From the sequence record NC_048048.2: a DNA stretch of 64,000 nt, one strand, 5' to 3'. The position numbers were made by a program, and so were the translations under genes. The notes under the pieces are model-generated. The model saw only the letters and a program-made list of their open reading frames with translations, ran no database searches and was not told where the DNA came from. The first letter of the stretch is position 1. Each line of letters starts with the position of its first letter. Shown here one piece after another: positions 53,060 through 62,973 of this stretch.

Positions 53060-53689
53060 CTAGGCGACGGCGCCCGGCAGGTAGCTGTTGATGATGTCCT
53101 TGATCGTCGCCTTCTGGCCGACGTCCAGGGCCTGGAAGCGCCACTGGTTGTCCTTCAGGTACAGCGAGCCGAACTGGAGGGCGTTGTAGCGCGAGTAGTC
53201 CTCGGTCAGGTCATAGCGCAGGATGACCTCGCCGGTCAGCGGCTTGCCGTTCTCGTCCAGGGCCACGTTACCGGCCGCGTCGCGCACGCCCTTGTAGAGG
53301 CGGCAGTAGGCGTTCTTGACCGAACCGAAGTTGATGCCGGTGTCGTAGATGTTGACCCACAGGTCGAGTTGGTCGACGCCGCCGGTCAGTCGGCCCAGGT
53401 CCAGGATGATGCGCTCGTCGTCCTGGTCGGACGCGTTGCCCTGACCGGTGCGGTTGTCGCCGGTGTGGATGATGGCGCGGTCCGACGATTCGAGTTGACC
53501 GAAGTAGATGGCGCCGGGGTTGCCGATGCACTTGGCCGGCTCGTCGTTCGGCTGCTGCTTGCACAGGAAGACCGACGAGTCGAGGTCGGCTTCCGTGGTC
53601 CAGCCGATACCCAGGATGAAGAGGGTGTCGCCACCGGCTTCCTTCTGGATGTTGATCCGTTCGCCCTTTTCGACGCTCAGATTAGCCAT
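53060..53689 (-). CDS. terD: TerD-family stress protein
   Basis: GIGW..EADLDSS, IYFGQLES.D.AI.HTGDNRTG.G...DDE.I, WRFQA. Confidence 0.9.
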   Translation of the reverse strand: MANLSVEKGERINIQKEAGGDTLFILGIGWTTEADLDSSVFLCKQQPNDEPAKCIGNPGAIYFGQLESSDRAIIHTGDNRTGQGNASDQDDERIILDLGRLTGGVDQLDLWVNIYDTGINFGSVKNAYCRLYKGVRDAAGNVALDENGKPLTGEVILRYDLTEDYSRYNALQFGSLYLKDNQWRFQALDVGQKATIKDIINSYLPGAVA

Positions 53690-53759
53690 GGGTGTCTCCT
53701 TAAAATCCGTTGCAGGGAGGGTAGAGAGGCGAGGCCGCGAAGGCCTCGCCCGGAGGGAA

Positions 53760-54791
53760 TTAGGCCGAAGCCAGCAGGCCGTCGGCCTGTTTCTTGTTCT
53801 CGATCAGCGACGTGATGAACGCCGCGCCGATGATGATAGCGCCCAGCAGGCCCGTGATCCACTCGGGGACCTCGAACACCGGCGAGATCAGCATCAGGCC
53901 GCCCAGGGCGATGATCGCCCAGAAGGCGCCGTGTTCCAGATGCGGATAGGCTTGCAGCGTGCCACGATCGACGGCCAGCAGCGTCAGTTCCCGCACCGCG
54001 AAGGCGCCGACGAACAGGCCCACGGTGATCCAGACGATGTTGTTGGTCAAGGCGAAGGCGCCGATCACGCCGTCGAAGCTGAACGAGGCGTCCAGGACTT
54101 CGAGGTAGATGAAACCGCCGATGCCGGCCTTGATCACCTTGTCGGCGACGTCGCCGCCGCCAGTCGCCAGGGTGCCCACGGCCTTGGTGGCCAGATAGGT
54201 CACCAGACCCAGGGCGCCGGCGAAGATGTAGCCGTAGCGTTCTTCGGCGGGCAGGATGCCGGCCAGGGCCAGGACGGCGATCAGCACGATCATGATTTCG
54301 GCCGAGTCCAGCATGCCGATCTTCGACAGGAAGCGCTCGATCGGACCGAGCCAGTGATGGTCCTTTTCCTTGTCCAGGAAGTGGGTCAGGCCCACCTTGA
54401 GCAGGAACACGCCGCCGAAGGCCGCCACCATGTAGTGGACGCCGGTCAGGGTCGCGGCGTACTTGGCCGGATCGGTCAGGGCCATCACCGTGGCGTCGAC
54501 GGGCGACATGTGCGCGGCGACCGACACGATGGCGATCGGGAACAGCAGACGCATGCCGAAGACGGCGATCAGGATGCCCCAGGTCAGGAAGATTTTGCGC
54601 CACTTCTCGTCCCAGTTCTCCAGGACGTGGGCGTTGACCACGGCGTTGTCGAAGCTCAGCGAGACTTCGAGGATCGCCAGGACGGCGACGGTGATCGCCA
54701 TCGCCGGGCCGGCGATGATGAAGGCGGCGATGACTGCCAGCACGAAGGCCAGGATCGGCAGTCGGAAGTAGTGGAATACGGGCTTGTGCAA
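53760..54791 (-). CDS. TerC-like integral membrane protein (DUF475 type)
   Basis: LEVSLSFDNAVVNA, FGMRL, YLEVLDASFSFDGVIGAFA, LEHGA motifs. Confidence 0.88.
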   Translation of the reverse strand: MHKPVFHYFRLPILAFVLAVIAAFIIAGPAMAITVAVLAILEVSLSFDNAVVNAHVLENWDEKWRKIFLTWGILIAVFGMRLLFPIAIVSVAAHMSPVDATVMALTDPAKYAATLTGVHYMVAAFGGVFLLKVGLTHFLDKEKDHHWLGPIERFLSKIGMLDSAEIMIVLIAVLALAGILPAEERYGYIFAGALGLVTYLATKAVGTLATGGGDVADKVIKAGIGGFIYLEVLDASFSFDGVIGAFALTNNIVWITVGLFVGAFAVRELTLLAVDRGTLQAYPHLEHGAFWAIIALGGLMLISPVFEVPEWITGLLGAIIIGAAFITSLIENKKQADGLLASA

Positions 54792-54857
54792 GGGGTCCCC
54801 CTGTTTGCCGTGGATGGGAAAGGCGTCGAGTCCAGGGGGACCCGAGCCCGACGCGGT

Positions 54858-55604
54858 TTACTTGCCGCCGATCTTCTTGGCGAAGGCGGCGAACTCGGGC
54901 GTGAACAGCGACGCGTACATCGCCTCGTCCGAGATGTTGAGGTCACGGATGGCGATGAAGCCGACGTGGTCGTACTTGTCCGCCATCTGTTGCAGGAACG
55001 GGAACGTCGTGCCCATGCCCACGCCGACCATGAAGAAGTAGATCGGCTTGTCGGCGCAGGCCTTGATCGCGGCTTCAGCTTCGCGCGCGTCGCTGTTGTC
55101 GCCGTCGGTCAGGAAGAAGATCACCGCCGGATCGTTCGAGGGCGCGGACGCAGCCTTCGGAGCCTCGGGCTTCTTGCCGAAGAGGCCGCCGAACATGCCG
55201 GCCGGCTTGACCGCCGCCGGGGCGGGCTTGCCCAGGAACAGGTCACCGTGGATCAGGTTGATGATCGGCGCGTACGAGGTCGAGCCCCAGAGGTGCTGGT
55301 CGCCCACCTTCAGCAGCTTGTCGCGCATGAAGGTGCCGAAGTCTTCCGCCGTCGCCGAAGCGATCTTCAGGGCGCGGTGATCGAAGATGTAGGAGTCGAG
55401 ATTGCCGTCGTCGTCCAGGCGCACGGCGGCGCCAAGAAGCTGGTCGAACGACTTCTGCATGGTCCCGTTCTCGAACATCCATTTGGCCGAGTACGAGACA
55501 TCGAACACGGCGCCGGCGCGCACGGGCGGGATCGAGGTGATGCCGATCTTCTCGATGGCGAGGCCGGCGGCCTTGGCTTTCTTTTCGACGCTGAGTTGCG
55601 ACAA
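54858..55604 (-). CDS. vWA domain protein of ter clusters
   Basis: DVSYS MIDAS-like motif, GSTSYAP, FLTDG, FVGVG-like segment. Confidence 0.82.
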   Translation of the reverse strand: MSQLSVEKKAKAAGLAIEKIGITSIPPVRAGAVFDVSYSAKWMFENGTMQKSFDQLLGAAVRLDDDGNLDSYIFDHRALKIASATAEDFGTFMRDKLLKVGDQHLWGSTSYAPIINLIHGDLFLGKPAPAAVKPAGMFGGLFGKKPEAPKAASAPSNDPAVIFFLTDGDNSDAREAEAAIKACADKPIYFFMVGVGMGTTFPFLQQMADKYDHVGFIAIRDLNISDEAMYASLFTPEFAAFAKKIGGK

Positions 55605-55614
55605 GGGTGTCTCC

Positions 55615-56721
55615 TTAGTTGGTGCGGGCGAGCGCGGCGGAGACCTGCGAGGTCAGGGCAGCGATCTGCGGGGCTTCGGCGGTCAGGCGCGCGGCCATGT
55701 CCGAACGAATCTTGGCCATGTCGTCGATCGAGCCGACGACGCTGGCGGTGACGGCTTGCAGCGAGGCCATGTCGACGCTGCTGCGGGCCATGGCGTTGCC
55801 GATCGCCACCGTGTTCTGGCGCGTCAGATCGGCGTTCTTGACGATCGCCGCATTGAAGGCGTCGTCGATGTTGTTGGCCAGTTCGGCGCCCTTCTTCTGC
55901 TCCATCTGGATGATGTAGAGGGCGAATTGGCGCTTCATGGCCGGCAGGGTGTTGGCCTTCAGGTCCTTGAACTTCTCGGTCAGCAGGAACGAGTTGTTCT
56001 TGACCTGGGCCAGTTGCGGGCCTTGCAGCAGGCACAGGGTGCGCGTGCGCTCCAGGTCGTCGACCTTCTTCTTGGCGAAGGCGATCGCGTCGTTCCAGTT
56101 CGACACGGTCTGGGCCGAGGTCGGATCGTTGGGGTCGACCGCCGGCACGTTGGCTTCGGCCCAGGCGATGCGTTCGTTGGCGGCGAGGACCACCTGACCC
56201 AGCGCGTCGTAGAGCTTCTTGTTTTCGTCTTCCAGGCCCGTGATGTCGCCGATCCGGCGCTCGAACAGGGCGATCTGGGTCTGGACCTGATTGACCAGCT
56301 TGTCGACATTGTCGTTGACCGACGAGACGTGCGCGTCGATCTGTTTGGAGCCCCAGCGCTTGAGGAAGCCGAACGGCCCCTTGTTCCACTTCGACGGGTC
56401 GTACTGGCGCGCGGTGTCCAGCAGGGTCAGCAGGCCCTTGCCCAGTTCGTCCATGTCCTGGGCCTTGGCGATGCCCGTGACCTTGTCCGAGATCGTCGTG
56501 GCCCGGCTCATCTCGTTGGCGCCCAGCGAGCCGATCTCCGACAGCGTGAACGCTCGCCCCGAGGCCGGCGCATAGGCCGGAGCGGCGGCCGGCACGACCG
56601 ATTGAGTGACCGGCGACGTCAGCGGCGGCGCGAAGTCAGTCTTGGTTGCCTGGATCGGCGAGGCCGCAGCGGGAGCTTCGGAAGCGCCAAGAGTGCGAGG
56701 TTTCGGGGGCATGGGTTCCAC
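55615..56721 (-). CDS. telA: TelA/KlaB toxic-anion resistance family protein
   Basis: Long helical protein; D..GK.L..L...GPFGFL, NF.L..K...L...T.PA.K.Q pattern; first gene of the ter-like operon. Confidence 0.75.
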   Translation of the reverse strand: MEPMPPKPRTLGASEAPAAASPIQATKTDFAPPLTSPVTQSVVPAAAPAYAPASGRAFTLSEIGSLGANEMSRATTISDKVTGIAKAQDMDELGKGLLTLLDTARQYDPSKWNKGPFGFLKRWGSKQIDAHVSSVNDNVDKLVNQVQTQIALFERRIGDITGLEDENKKLYDALGQVVLAANERIAWAEANVPAVDPNDPTSAQTVSNWNDAIAFAKKKVDDLERTRTLCLLQGPQLAQVKNNSFLLTEKFKDLKANTLPAMKRQFALYIIQMEQKKGAELANNIDDAFNAAIVKNADLTRQNTVAIGNAMARSSVDMASLQAVTASVVGSIDDMAKIRSDMAARLTAEAPQIAALTSQVSAALARTN

Positions 56722-56780
56722 CTAGTTAGAATACGTGAACTCGTGTCACGACCCGCGTCACGGGTCAAGCGAAAATTGTG

Positions 56781-57425
56781 TCAGACGACCGGCGCAACAC
56801 CCTGGGACGTCAGCCACGCCAGAAGGTCTTCCTTCGTCGAGAACCCGTGGGCCTGGATCGAATTGGCGTTCTCGTCCTCGATCAGGCACGACCATTTCAG
56901 GTCTTCGTCGTACTCGATGTCGAAGGCCGACAGGGCTGAGTCCGAATCCGTGTCGAAGGCCTCGACGAACGCGACATAGATGTCGTCGCCCGGCTCCAGG
57001 ACCGTCTCGTTGAAGGCGTTGGTTTTCACCGAAAGCACTCCTTTCACCGCTTGCTGAAACTGGGGGTTTGAGTGAAAGCCTAGCTCCTCGGCGATCGCGT
57101 CGGCGATCGTGCCGTGATGGGCCTCGAACTCGGCCGTGTAGTTGAACACCGCCGGGTCAGCCTGGACTTCACCCACGGCGGCCATGAGCGCCCGATCGCG
57201 GGGCAGCTTGCAGTTGTTGCGGTAGTGAATGAGCGATCCGGCGCACATCGCCGGTTTCGCGCCCGCTTCCAGCGTCAGATGGCAGGGGATAGGCTTTTCG
57301 GCGCGAACCGAGTCAGTAAAGGCCGCCGCCGGGTAGCCGCCCAGGAAGCCTGGAGCCGAGCCACGTCGCCAAGGACATTCGCGACAGGGTTTCTTGTGAC
57401 GTACGGGAGGAGCGGCGTCGATCAA
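56781..57425 (-). CDS. Cys/His-rich hypothetical protein
   Basis: PC.ECPWR...PCH...CAG N-terminal domain. Confidence 0.6.
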   Translation of the reverse strand: MIDAAPPVRHKKPCRECPWRRGSAPGFLGGYPAAAFTDSVRAEKPIPCHLTLEAGAKPAMCAGSLIHYRNNCKLPRDRALMAAVGEVQADPAVFNYTAEFEAHHGTIADAIAEELGFHSNPQFQQAVKGVLSVKTNAFNETVLEPGDDIYVAFVEAFDTDSDSALSAFDIEYDEDLKWSCLIEDENANSIQAHGFSTKEDLLAWLTSQGVAPVV

Positions 57426-57631
57426 ATCGCCACCAGCCCTTCCTCGATCAGTTCGCCGAAGACCCAGTCGATCTGCTCGGAGCCTTCGATGACATAGGCG
57501 CCGTTGTGCCGAGGCGAGTTGGGCGAGACGTTCTCGTCGAACCAGCGCCGGCCGCCATAGGTGATGGGCTTCATGAGGATCAGGCCCGGCTCGACCGGGG
57601 TGACGTCGATATCGATCTGCATGCCCGACAT
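57422..57631 (-). CDS. hypothetical protein
   Basis: TAATG coupling. Confidence 0.55.
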   Translation of the reverse strand: MSGMQIDIDVTPVEPGLILMKPITYGGRRWFDENVSPNSPRHNGAYVIEGSEQIDWVFGELIEEGLVAI

Positions 57632-58044
57632 TACCGCAGGCTGACGCCGTTGACCTTGTCGGCGCAGCCGAAGGCGCCCAGCATGTCCTTGCCGACGTTG
57701 CGGTTGTAGAGCCGGCCTTCGTGCGTGCGGGCCTTGTCGCCGGTGTTCATGATGAAGACCGCGCTGCTGCCGAGCGTCCCGTAGACGCCGCAGTAGGTGT
57801 AAGAGCCGTCGGTCTCGGCGAACAGCGACACCATCAGGATGCGCGCCGGCTGGCCGATCTGGGCTTCGATCATCTCCTCGGCGCTGCGGGCCAGGATGGG
57901 ACGCTTGTGCGCCGGCACGGAGATCGGAGAGCGCAGGGCGTAGGGCGGCAGATAGTCGACACCCTGGGGCGGCACGAAATCGGCGGCCTGGGCGGCGCTG
58001 GCCATCAGGAGCGCGGCGGCAAGGCCAAACAGCGATCGTTTCAT
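57631..58044 (-). CDS. secreted/periplasmic protein
   Basis: Signal peptide MKRSLFGLAAALLMASAAQA; YCG..G motif. Confidence 0.65.
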   Translation of the reverse strand: MKRSLFGLAAALLMASAAQAADFVPPQGVDYLPPYALRSPISVPAHKRPILARSAEEMIEAQIGQPARILMVSLFAETDGSYTYCGVYGTLGSSAVFIMNTGDKARTHEGRLYNRNVGKDMLGAFGCADKVNGVSLR

Positions 58045-58184
58045 GGGGTCTCCTTCTTCTAGTGCAGGAGCCAGAGGACAAAGCAGCAGATCAGGAAAGT
58101 GATCAGGCGCATGGCGTCCTCCGTCTCAACGTTGCCCTAGTCGTAGAGCCCCATAATCGAGGTGTCAACTGTTTTCTTGTGAAA

Positions 58185-58679
58185 TCACCGGGTCTCGATC
58201 CAGATTTCCCCGATGCGGTGACGCACCTCATGCAGGTGGTCCAGCATCTCCAGGCCATAGCGCTTGGCCACCACCTGGACATTGCCTCGGCGCCAATAGC
58301 CTTCCGGGCAAACGATCAAGCACGTCTTGGTGCGGCAGGTCAGGCCCAGTTCCAGGAGCGTCACCGGTGCTTTGCCAGCCGGGTCGAAGTAGAACACCAC
58401 GATATCGGCCGCGTCCAGGTGATCGATCTCCCAGGTCACCTGCTCGACGAACGGCTCGCAAGAGATGTCCTGCACGAGCGCGGTGTCGAAGTCGGGGCGG
58501 CGCGGATTGAACACCGTGATCGGAAGGTCCGATAGGAGGTCGGTCAGATAGGTTTGCCACTCGACAGCCTTGCCCATGTCGATGCTGCCGGCCAGGAAGA
58601 CCTTGAGCCGTTCGGGCTGCGTGACGACGCGCGGATCGTATTGCGGCGCCGTTAGGACCCTAAATGCGGGGTGGGGCAT
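58185..58679 (-). CDS. nucleoside 2-deoxyribosyltransferase-like protein
   Basis: VFLAGSI, WQ, FNPRR, EQV.WE...L..AD, TLLELG motifs. Confidence 0.8.
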   Translation of the reverse strand: MPHPAFRVLTAPQYDPRVVTQPERLKVFLAGSIDMGKAVEWQTYLTDLLSDLPITVFNPRRPDFDTALVQDISCEPFVEQVTWEIDHLDAADIVVFYFDPAGKAPVTLLELGLTCRTKTCLIVCPEGYWRRGNVQVVAKRYGLEMLDHLHEVRHRIGEIWIETR

Positions 58680-58980
58680 ATTCGTTGGTCTCCTTGGCTG
58701 GATCGCCGCCTTCGCGCGTCCGGCCGGTCTTGGGGTGTTTGTGCCAGCCCTGGGGCTCGCCGTCGAAACCGTCGGCGGCCCAGGCGCGCAGGGCTGCGCT
58801 CGCCAGTTCACGGGTTTGATAGCACCAGCGATCGACATAGCTCCACTCGTTGTCGATCTCGCCGGTGTGCATCGTCCAGTGGAACATCAGCCGTTTGATG
58901 CCCGCCCACATGCCATTGCCCATGTCGACAAACTCGACATAGCCATTGTCGTGCAGGAAGGCCTCGAACTTCGGCGTCAT
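58660..58980 (-). CDS. hypothetical protein
   Basis: Y.DRWCY...GWH.HP.TGR pattern. Confidence 0.6.
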   Translation of the reverse strand: MTPKFEAFLHDNGYVEFVDMGNGMWAGIKRLMFHWTMHTGEIDNEWSYVDRWCYQTRELASAALRAWAADGFDGEPQGWHKHPKTGRTREGGDPAKETNEYAPPRI

Positions 58981-59438
58981 AGGCCGACGCGCTTACCGTT
59001 CAGAAAAATGATCTCGCCCGCCAGGGCATGACCGTTTCCGGGCTTTTCCAGCCAGCGCATGATCTTCAGGATCGACCCGGTGGGGCTGCTATGGACCTTT
59101 GGCGCCTTCTGGAGCCGCTTGTCATAGTAGGCGGGGGAGTCCAGGCGCGGGTTGACATGCACGTCGATCCAGCGCTCGAAGCTTTGCTCCGCAAACTGGC
59201 CGCGACGTCCGCCATAGAGTTCGCGAAGGAGGGCGTCGCTCGGGCGCCCGGTCTGGTAGTCGACGCACCAGAGATAGGCGTCGCGCCCGATGATCTTGAT
59301 CTCGGTGTCGCCATACTCGTCTTGGAAGACGACCAGATAGGCGGGCCTTGGGCCAGACCGCATGACCTTAGGCTTACGGTCCGGCTCCGGTTCCGCGCTG
59401 AACCGCAGCGTGGTGCGGGGCACGTCAGGCGAGTTCAT
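58977..59438 (-). CDS. hypothetical protein
   Basis: Coupled ORF. Confidence 0.5.
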   Translation of the reverse strand: MNSPDVPRTTLRFSAEPEPDRKPKVMRSGPRPAYLVVFQDEYGDTEIKIIGRDAYLWCVDYQTGRPSDALLRELYGGRRGQFAEQSFERWIDVHVNPRLDSPAYYDKRLQKAPKVHSSPTGSILKIMRWLEKPGNGHALAGEIIFLNGKRVGL

Positions 59439-59907
59439 GGGCCTCGGGCGTGTATCGGAAAGCCGCGAAGTGTCCCCCGGCCGCCTTGTGCGCCCGCAGC
59501 CGCGCGGCGACTTCCTGGCCCAGGGGCGTGAGGTGCAGAACCTCACCCGGCTCCATCTCCTCGACCAGGGGCATGATGAGATCGCGGCGACGCACGCCCA
59601 TCAGGCCAGCGTAGACCATGTCCTGGACGCAGTGCCAGTCGTCGTGATTCTCGATGAAGGTGCCGTTGTTCAGCCGTGAGCCGAACTCGGGTTTCATCAC
59701 GGCGCCATCGTGGCCGCCATTGACGCGTTTGGGCCGACGGCACTGCTCGTGCATGACGCGGAAATGCTGGCGGCCCTGACGCATGCGCGCGTCGAAGCCG
59801 ACCTGGAAGCCCTGGCAGTCGACCATGACGATCTCGGCATAGGCCAGCATCGACCAGTGGTCCTTGCCAAAGAGGGTGATCGGCACGTAGCCGTCGTCGA
59901 GCGTCAT
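59425..59907 (-). CDS. hypothetical protein
   Basis: AGGAGG SD. Confidence 0.6.
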   Translation of the reverse strand: MTLDDGYVPITLFGKDHWSMLAYAEIVMVDCQGFQVGFDARMRQGRQHFRVMHEQCRRPKRVNGGHDGAVMKPEFGSRLNNGTFIENHDDWHCVQDMVYAGLMGVRRRDLIMPLVEEMEPGEVLHLTPLGQEVAARLRAHKAAGGHFAAFRYTPEAHELA

Positions 59908-59915
59908 GGAGCCTC

Positions 59916-60278
59916 CTAGAGCTTGGCTTCGTAGGTCAGATCGTCATAGACGATCACGCGGAAGGTGCGCTCGGGACCGGCGCCCGTGCGCTTGAAGTTC
60001 AGTTGCACGATGTCCATGCGCTTCCCCTCGAACTTCTTCCTGTCGGCGTCCGAATAGCGCGAGGCGTGTCCATAGGTGAACTGCGCGCCTTCCCAGCCCA
60101 GCTTCGAGGTGAAGGTCGAGGCCTCGCGGATGGCTCGCAGCATGACGGCCAGGACCACCTCGTAGGACCATTCGCCGAATTTCGCCTTCTGCGGCTCGCG
60201 GTTGGCGATCGCCACCTCGTGGGCCAGCTTGAAGACCTCGTCGCCCGGCAGGGTGAGGGTGTGCATGGTTTCGCTCAA
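59916..60278 (-). CDS. hypothetical protein
   Basis: AGGAG SD. Confidence 0.55.
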   Translation of the reverse strand: MSETMHTLTLPGDEVFKLAHEVAIANREPQKAKFGEWSYEVVLAVMLRAIREASTFTSKLGWEGAQFTYGHASRYSDADRKKFEGKRMDIVQLNFKRTGAGPERTFRVIVYDDLTYEAKL

Positions 60279-60649
60279 CGGCTTCTCCTTTTGTCTCGGG
60301 CGAACGGGGAAGGCTTGCCTCGGTGTTTGGCCTGCTCGGCCTTACGGTCGGACATGGCGGCCTTCACGGCGCCGGCCTTGGTCTTGTAGAGCTTGGTCCA
60401 GGCGCTCGATCCGTTGACCCGCGCCGCCCAGCCCTCCTTGCGAGCGAAGGCATAGACCTCGCCGGCGCGGACGAACGGCACGAAGGACTCGGCCGTGACC
60501 CCGTCGCCGAACGGGTCGATCTGGTCGTTGAGCAGAGAAATGCTCTTACCGCCGATCAGAGTGGCTTCCCAGAACGAGGCGTAGACGTACTGGATGCCGT
60601 CGATGCTCTCGAAGGGGCCGAACGCGCGAGGATTGAGCGTGTCGGTCAT
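60275..60649 (-). CDS. hypothetical protein
   Basis: ATGA coupling. Confidence 0.55.
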   Translation of the reverse strand: MTDTLNPRAFGPFESIDGIQYVYASFWEATLIGGKSISLLNDQIDPFGDGVTAESFVPFVRAGEVYAFARKEGWAARVNGSSAWTKLYKTKAGAVKAAMSDRKAEQAKHRGKPSPFARDKRRSR

Positions 60650-60885
60650 GCCAGGACCCTTTGGCAGATGTGGGCGAACGCCGCCTGGAACGAGCCGAAC
60701 AACTGGTCGGTCTCGTAGAGGTGGGCGTAGGCGGGCCGCTCGGGACGGTCGATGCGGATGAACCATGCGCCGGTCGGTTGGAACTTGTCGTCCAGGCGGC
60801 TGCGGATCGCGGCGATCCGGCCGCGCTCGTCGCAGACGTCCCAGGCGTCTTCGCCGCGCTTGTGGATGGTGATGTAGTCGATCAT
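60646..60885 (-). CDS. hypothetical protein
   Basis: Coupled ORF. Confidence 0.55.
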   Translation of the reverse strand: MIDYITIHKRGEDAWDVCDERGRIAAIRSRLDDKFQPTGAWFIRIDRPERPAYAHLYETDQLFGSFQAAFAHICQRVLA

Positions 60886-61187
60886 CAGCGCACCCGGATG
60901 TTCTGGTCGAGGCCGCGCAGGGCCTCCTTTCGGGTGTGATAGCCGCCGAAGCGCTTGCCAGGACCATGGGCCACCGATTCGTAGTACCAGCGCATCGAGT
61001 CCCAGGACGAGGCGATGATGCGCTGTCCGGGGATGCCCTTTTCCTGCCGCTCCATGCGCTGACCGACCCAGCCGATCACGACGCCGTCGACGGACACCGA
61101 ATAGCGGTGCAGCTTCTGTTGCTTGCCGCCCTTGATGAGCACCGGCGAGAAGATCGCCGGGACGGCCGTCAGAACGTGTTCGGTCAT
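60885..61187 (-). CDS. hypothetical protein
   Basis: First gene after the promoter at 61235. Confidence 0.6.
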   Translation of the reverse strand: MTEHVLTAVPAIFSPVLIKGGKQQKLHRYSVSVDGVVIGWVGQRMERQEKGIPGQRIIASSWDSMRWYYESVAHGPGKRFGGYHTRKEALRGLDQNIRVR

Positions 61188-61209
61188 GGGGTCTCCTCTG
61201 TTCGATGTC

Positions 61210-61253
61210 CCTGCTTAAGCTACCCTAAAGAAGCTGTCAACAGTTTTCTTGCA
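61210..61253 (-). promoter_or_regulatory. early sigma70-type promoter (one of about 8 copies)
   Basis: GCAAGAAAACTGTTGACAGC...GCTTAAGC; siblings near 27293, 41543, 43247, 51450, 58163, 62520, 63603. Confidence 0.65.
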
Positions 61254-61541
61254 CTAGATCAGCAGATTGGTCGACGAGCCGCCATAGCCGGACTGGTGCG
61301 GCTTGATCGGGTCCTCGTGCCACCAGACCCCCGCCATGATCTCGTGATCAGGGCAGCCGCCGGCCTTGCGGACGGTGATGTCGGGCATGTGGCCGGTGTT
61401 GATGGTGATGGTCTTTTGACGATGCCGCTTCAGGCAGTAGAAGCCATCGTCCCAGAGCTTACAGTTGTTGCACGGCTCGCCGTACACCTTGCTGGCGTCG
61501 GGGATGCTTTCGTGGGCTTCGTTGACCCGTCTGGAGACCAT
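61254..61541 (-). CDS. Cys-rich hypothetical protein
   Basis: CNNC...C..H...CP motif. Confidence 0.5.
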   Translation of the reverse strand: MVSRRVNEAHESIPDASKVYGEPCNNCKLWDDGFYCLKRHRQKTITINTGHMPDITVRKAGGCPDHEIMAGVWWHEDPIKPHQSGYGGSSTNLLI

Positions 61542-61756
61542 CAGGACTTCTCGTAGTTGTCGTCGACTTCGTCCAGGAGTTCGCGTAGCTCCCGGCGGGC
61601 CTCGTGATTGTTCATGATCTTGAGCAGGAGCATGGCGGCGCTGTCCTGGGTGGTCCTGCCCAGCTTCTGGCTGAGCAGGTTGCCGACCCAGGCCACCAGC
61701 GTCACGTACTTCAGAACCCCTCGAAAGGTGATCAGAGGTTTAGGCGCCGGCTGCAT
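61541..61756 (-). CDS. hypothetical protein
   Basis: Coupled ORF. Confidence 0.45.
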   Translation of the reverse strand: MQPAPKPLITFRGVLKYVTLVAWVGNLLSQKLGRTTQDSAAMLLLKIMNNHEARRELRELLDEVDDNYEKS

Positions 61757-62471
61757 CGTCGTCCTGGGGCGCTTCGGGCTGGAAGGCCACGGCGAGCACT
61801 TCCTGGGCCTGGGCGCCGTTGAGGACGCCCTTGGCGACCGCCGCAGCCAGGGCGCGCTCACCCAGGTGCCGCATGCCCAGATCGAAGTAGGCTTCGACCT
61901 CGGCGGTGGCGCGGTCGCGGAACTTGCTGGCCTCTTCGGAGGCGCGCTCGACGACGTAGGGCAGGTTCGAGGTCGCCTCGCGCAGCGCCGTCTCCAGCAA
62001 CTTCTCAAGGTCGCGCAGGTCCCCCTTCTTAGGGGCGCCGCCGGCCAGGATCGTACGGCAGAGGTCACGGGCGTCCTTGGTGGCCTTGAGCGCCGTCGCC
62101 GCATCCTCCGCGATCGCCTGCGAAGCCAGATTGGCGGCGTCTTCCTTGGCGCTCGTCGGCGGCTCGGCCATGCCGACATACTTGCCGTCGCCCACCCAGC
62201 GACGCTGGATCGTGCAGGGCACGCCCATGGTGCCCACGCCGGTGATCAGTTGCGCGAACTGCACTTCGGAGAACGCGATCTTGAGGATTTCCTTGTGCCC
62301 GAAGAAACGCTGCTCGACGCCGCGCGTGAAGCGCTCAGCCTCCACGACCGTCAGGGTCATGTAGTGGCCCGTGGGCCAGTCGCAGCCGACGAGATTGCGT
62401 TCGCCCGAGGTGCGCAGGATTTGCACCATCCCGTAGGACTCGTGGGCTTCCCTGATTTCGTCGTCGGCCAT
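61740..62471 (-). CDS. hypothetical protein
   Basis: AGGAG SD after the promoter at 62520; HESYG...GVPCT pattern. Confidence 0.65.
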   Translation of the reverse strand: MADDEIREAHESYGMVQILRTSGERNLVGCDWPTGHYMTLTVVEAERFTRGVEQRFFGHKEILKIAFSEVQFAQLITGVGTMGVPCTIQRRWVGDGKYVGMAEPPTSAKEDAANLASQAIAEDAATALKATKDARDLCRTILAGGAPKKGDLRDLEKLLETALREATSNLPYVVERASEEASKFRDRATAEVEAYFDLGMRHLGERALAAAVAKGVLNGAQAQEVLAVAFQPEAPQDDDAAGA

Positions 62472-62565
62472 GGGGTCTCCTTTTCCGTTCGGGAGAGGTT
62501 TAGGACACCCCGCAAAGGGTGTCAACAGTTTTCTAGCGTGTCCTTTGTCCTGGGATCAAGGACGC

Positions 62566-62973
62566 CTAGTAGTGGTTGGACAGCAATCCGCGCTGGTCCC
62601 AGATGTTGGGGCGGGGCTGGATGTAGGGATTGCGCGGATCGTCCCAGGCCAGGGTGTACTCCAGACCGATCATCTTGGCGCAGTCGGCGCCGATCAGGAA
62701 CCAACCCATGTCCGAACCGTGGCGAGGCCAGCCGTCATGCGGCTCAGGATAGGGCTCGACCTGGGCGAAGAGATCAGTATCGTCCGGGTGCAGCGCATAG
62801 GGACCGCCGCCGACTGTGTGGACCACCCGGCGCGGCTGACCTTCCTTCAGGTCCTTCTGGCAGCGGCAGCAGAAGTGGTTGGACTTCGGATCACGGCGGT
62901 AGTCTGGCTCCATCCACACCGCCCGGTACGGGACGCCGGGCATGAACTCCTGCACGAAGGTCGCCTTAGCCAC
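62566..62973 (-). CDS. hypothetical protein (Zn-binding-like)
   Basis: CCRCQKDL...IGADCAK. Confidence 0.55.
   Translation of the reverse strand: MAKATFVQEFMPGVPYRAVWMEPDYRRDPKSNHFCCRCQKDLKEGQPRRVVHTVGGGPYALHPDDTDLFAQVEPYPEPHDGWPRHGSDMGWFLIGADCAKMIGLEYTLAWDDPRNPYIQPRPNIWDQRGLLSNHY

Noticed and set aside
53508-55751. 747-aa plus-strand ORF (and similar long antisense ORFs at 5847, 11589, 13718, 19549, 28080, 44445, 45968, 55402)
   Set aside because: All lie opposite well-supported genes and have no domain motifs
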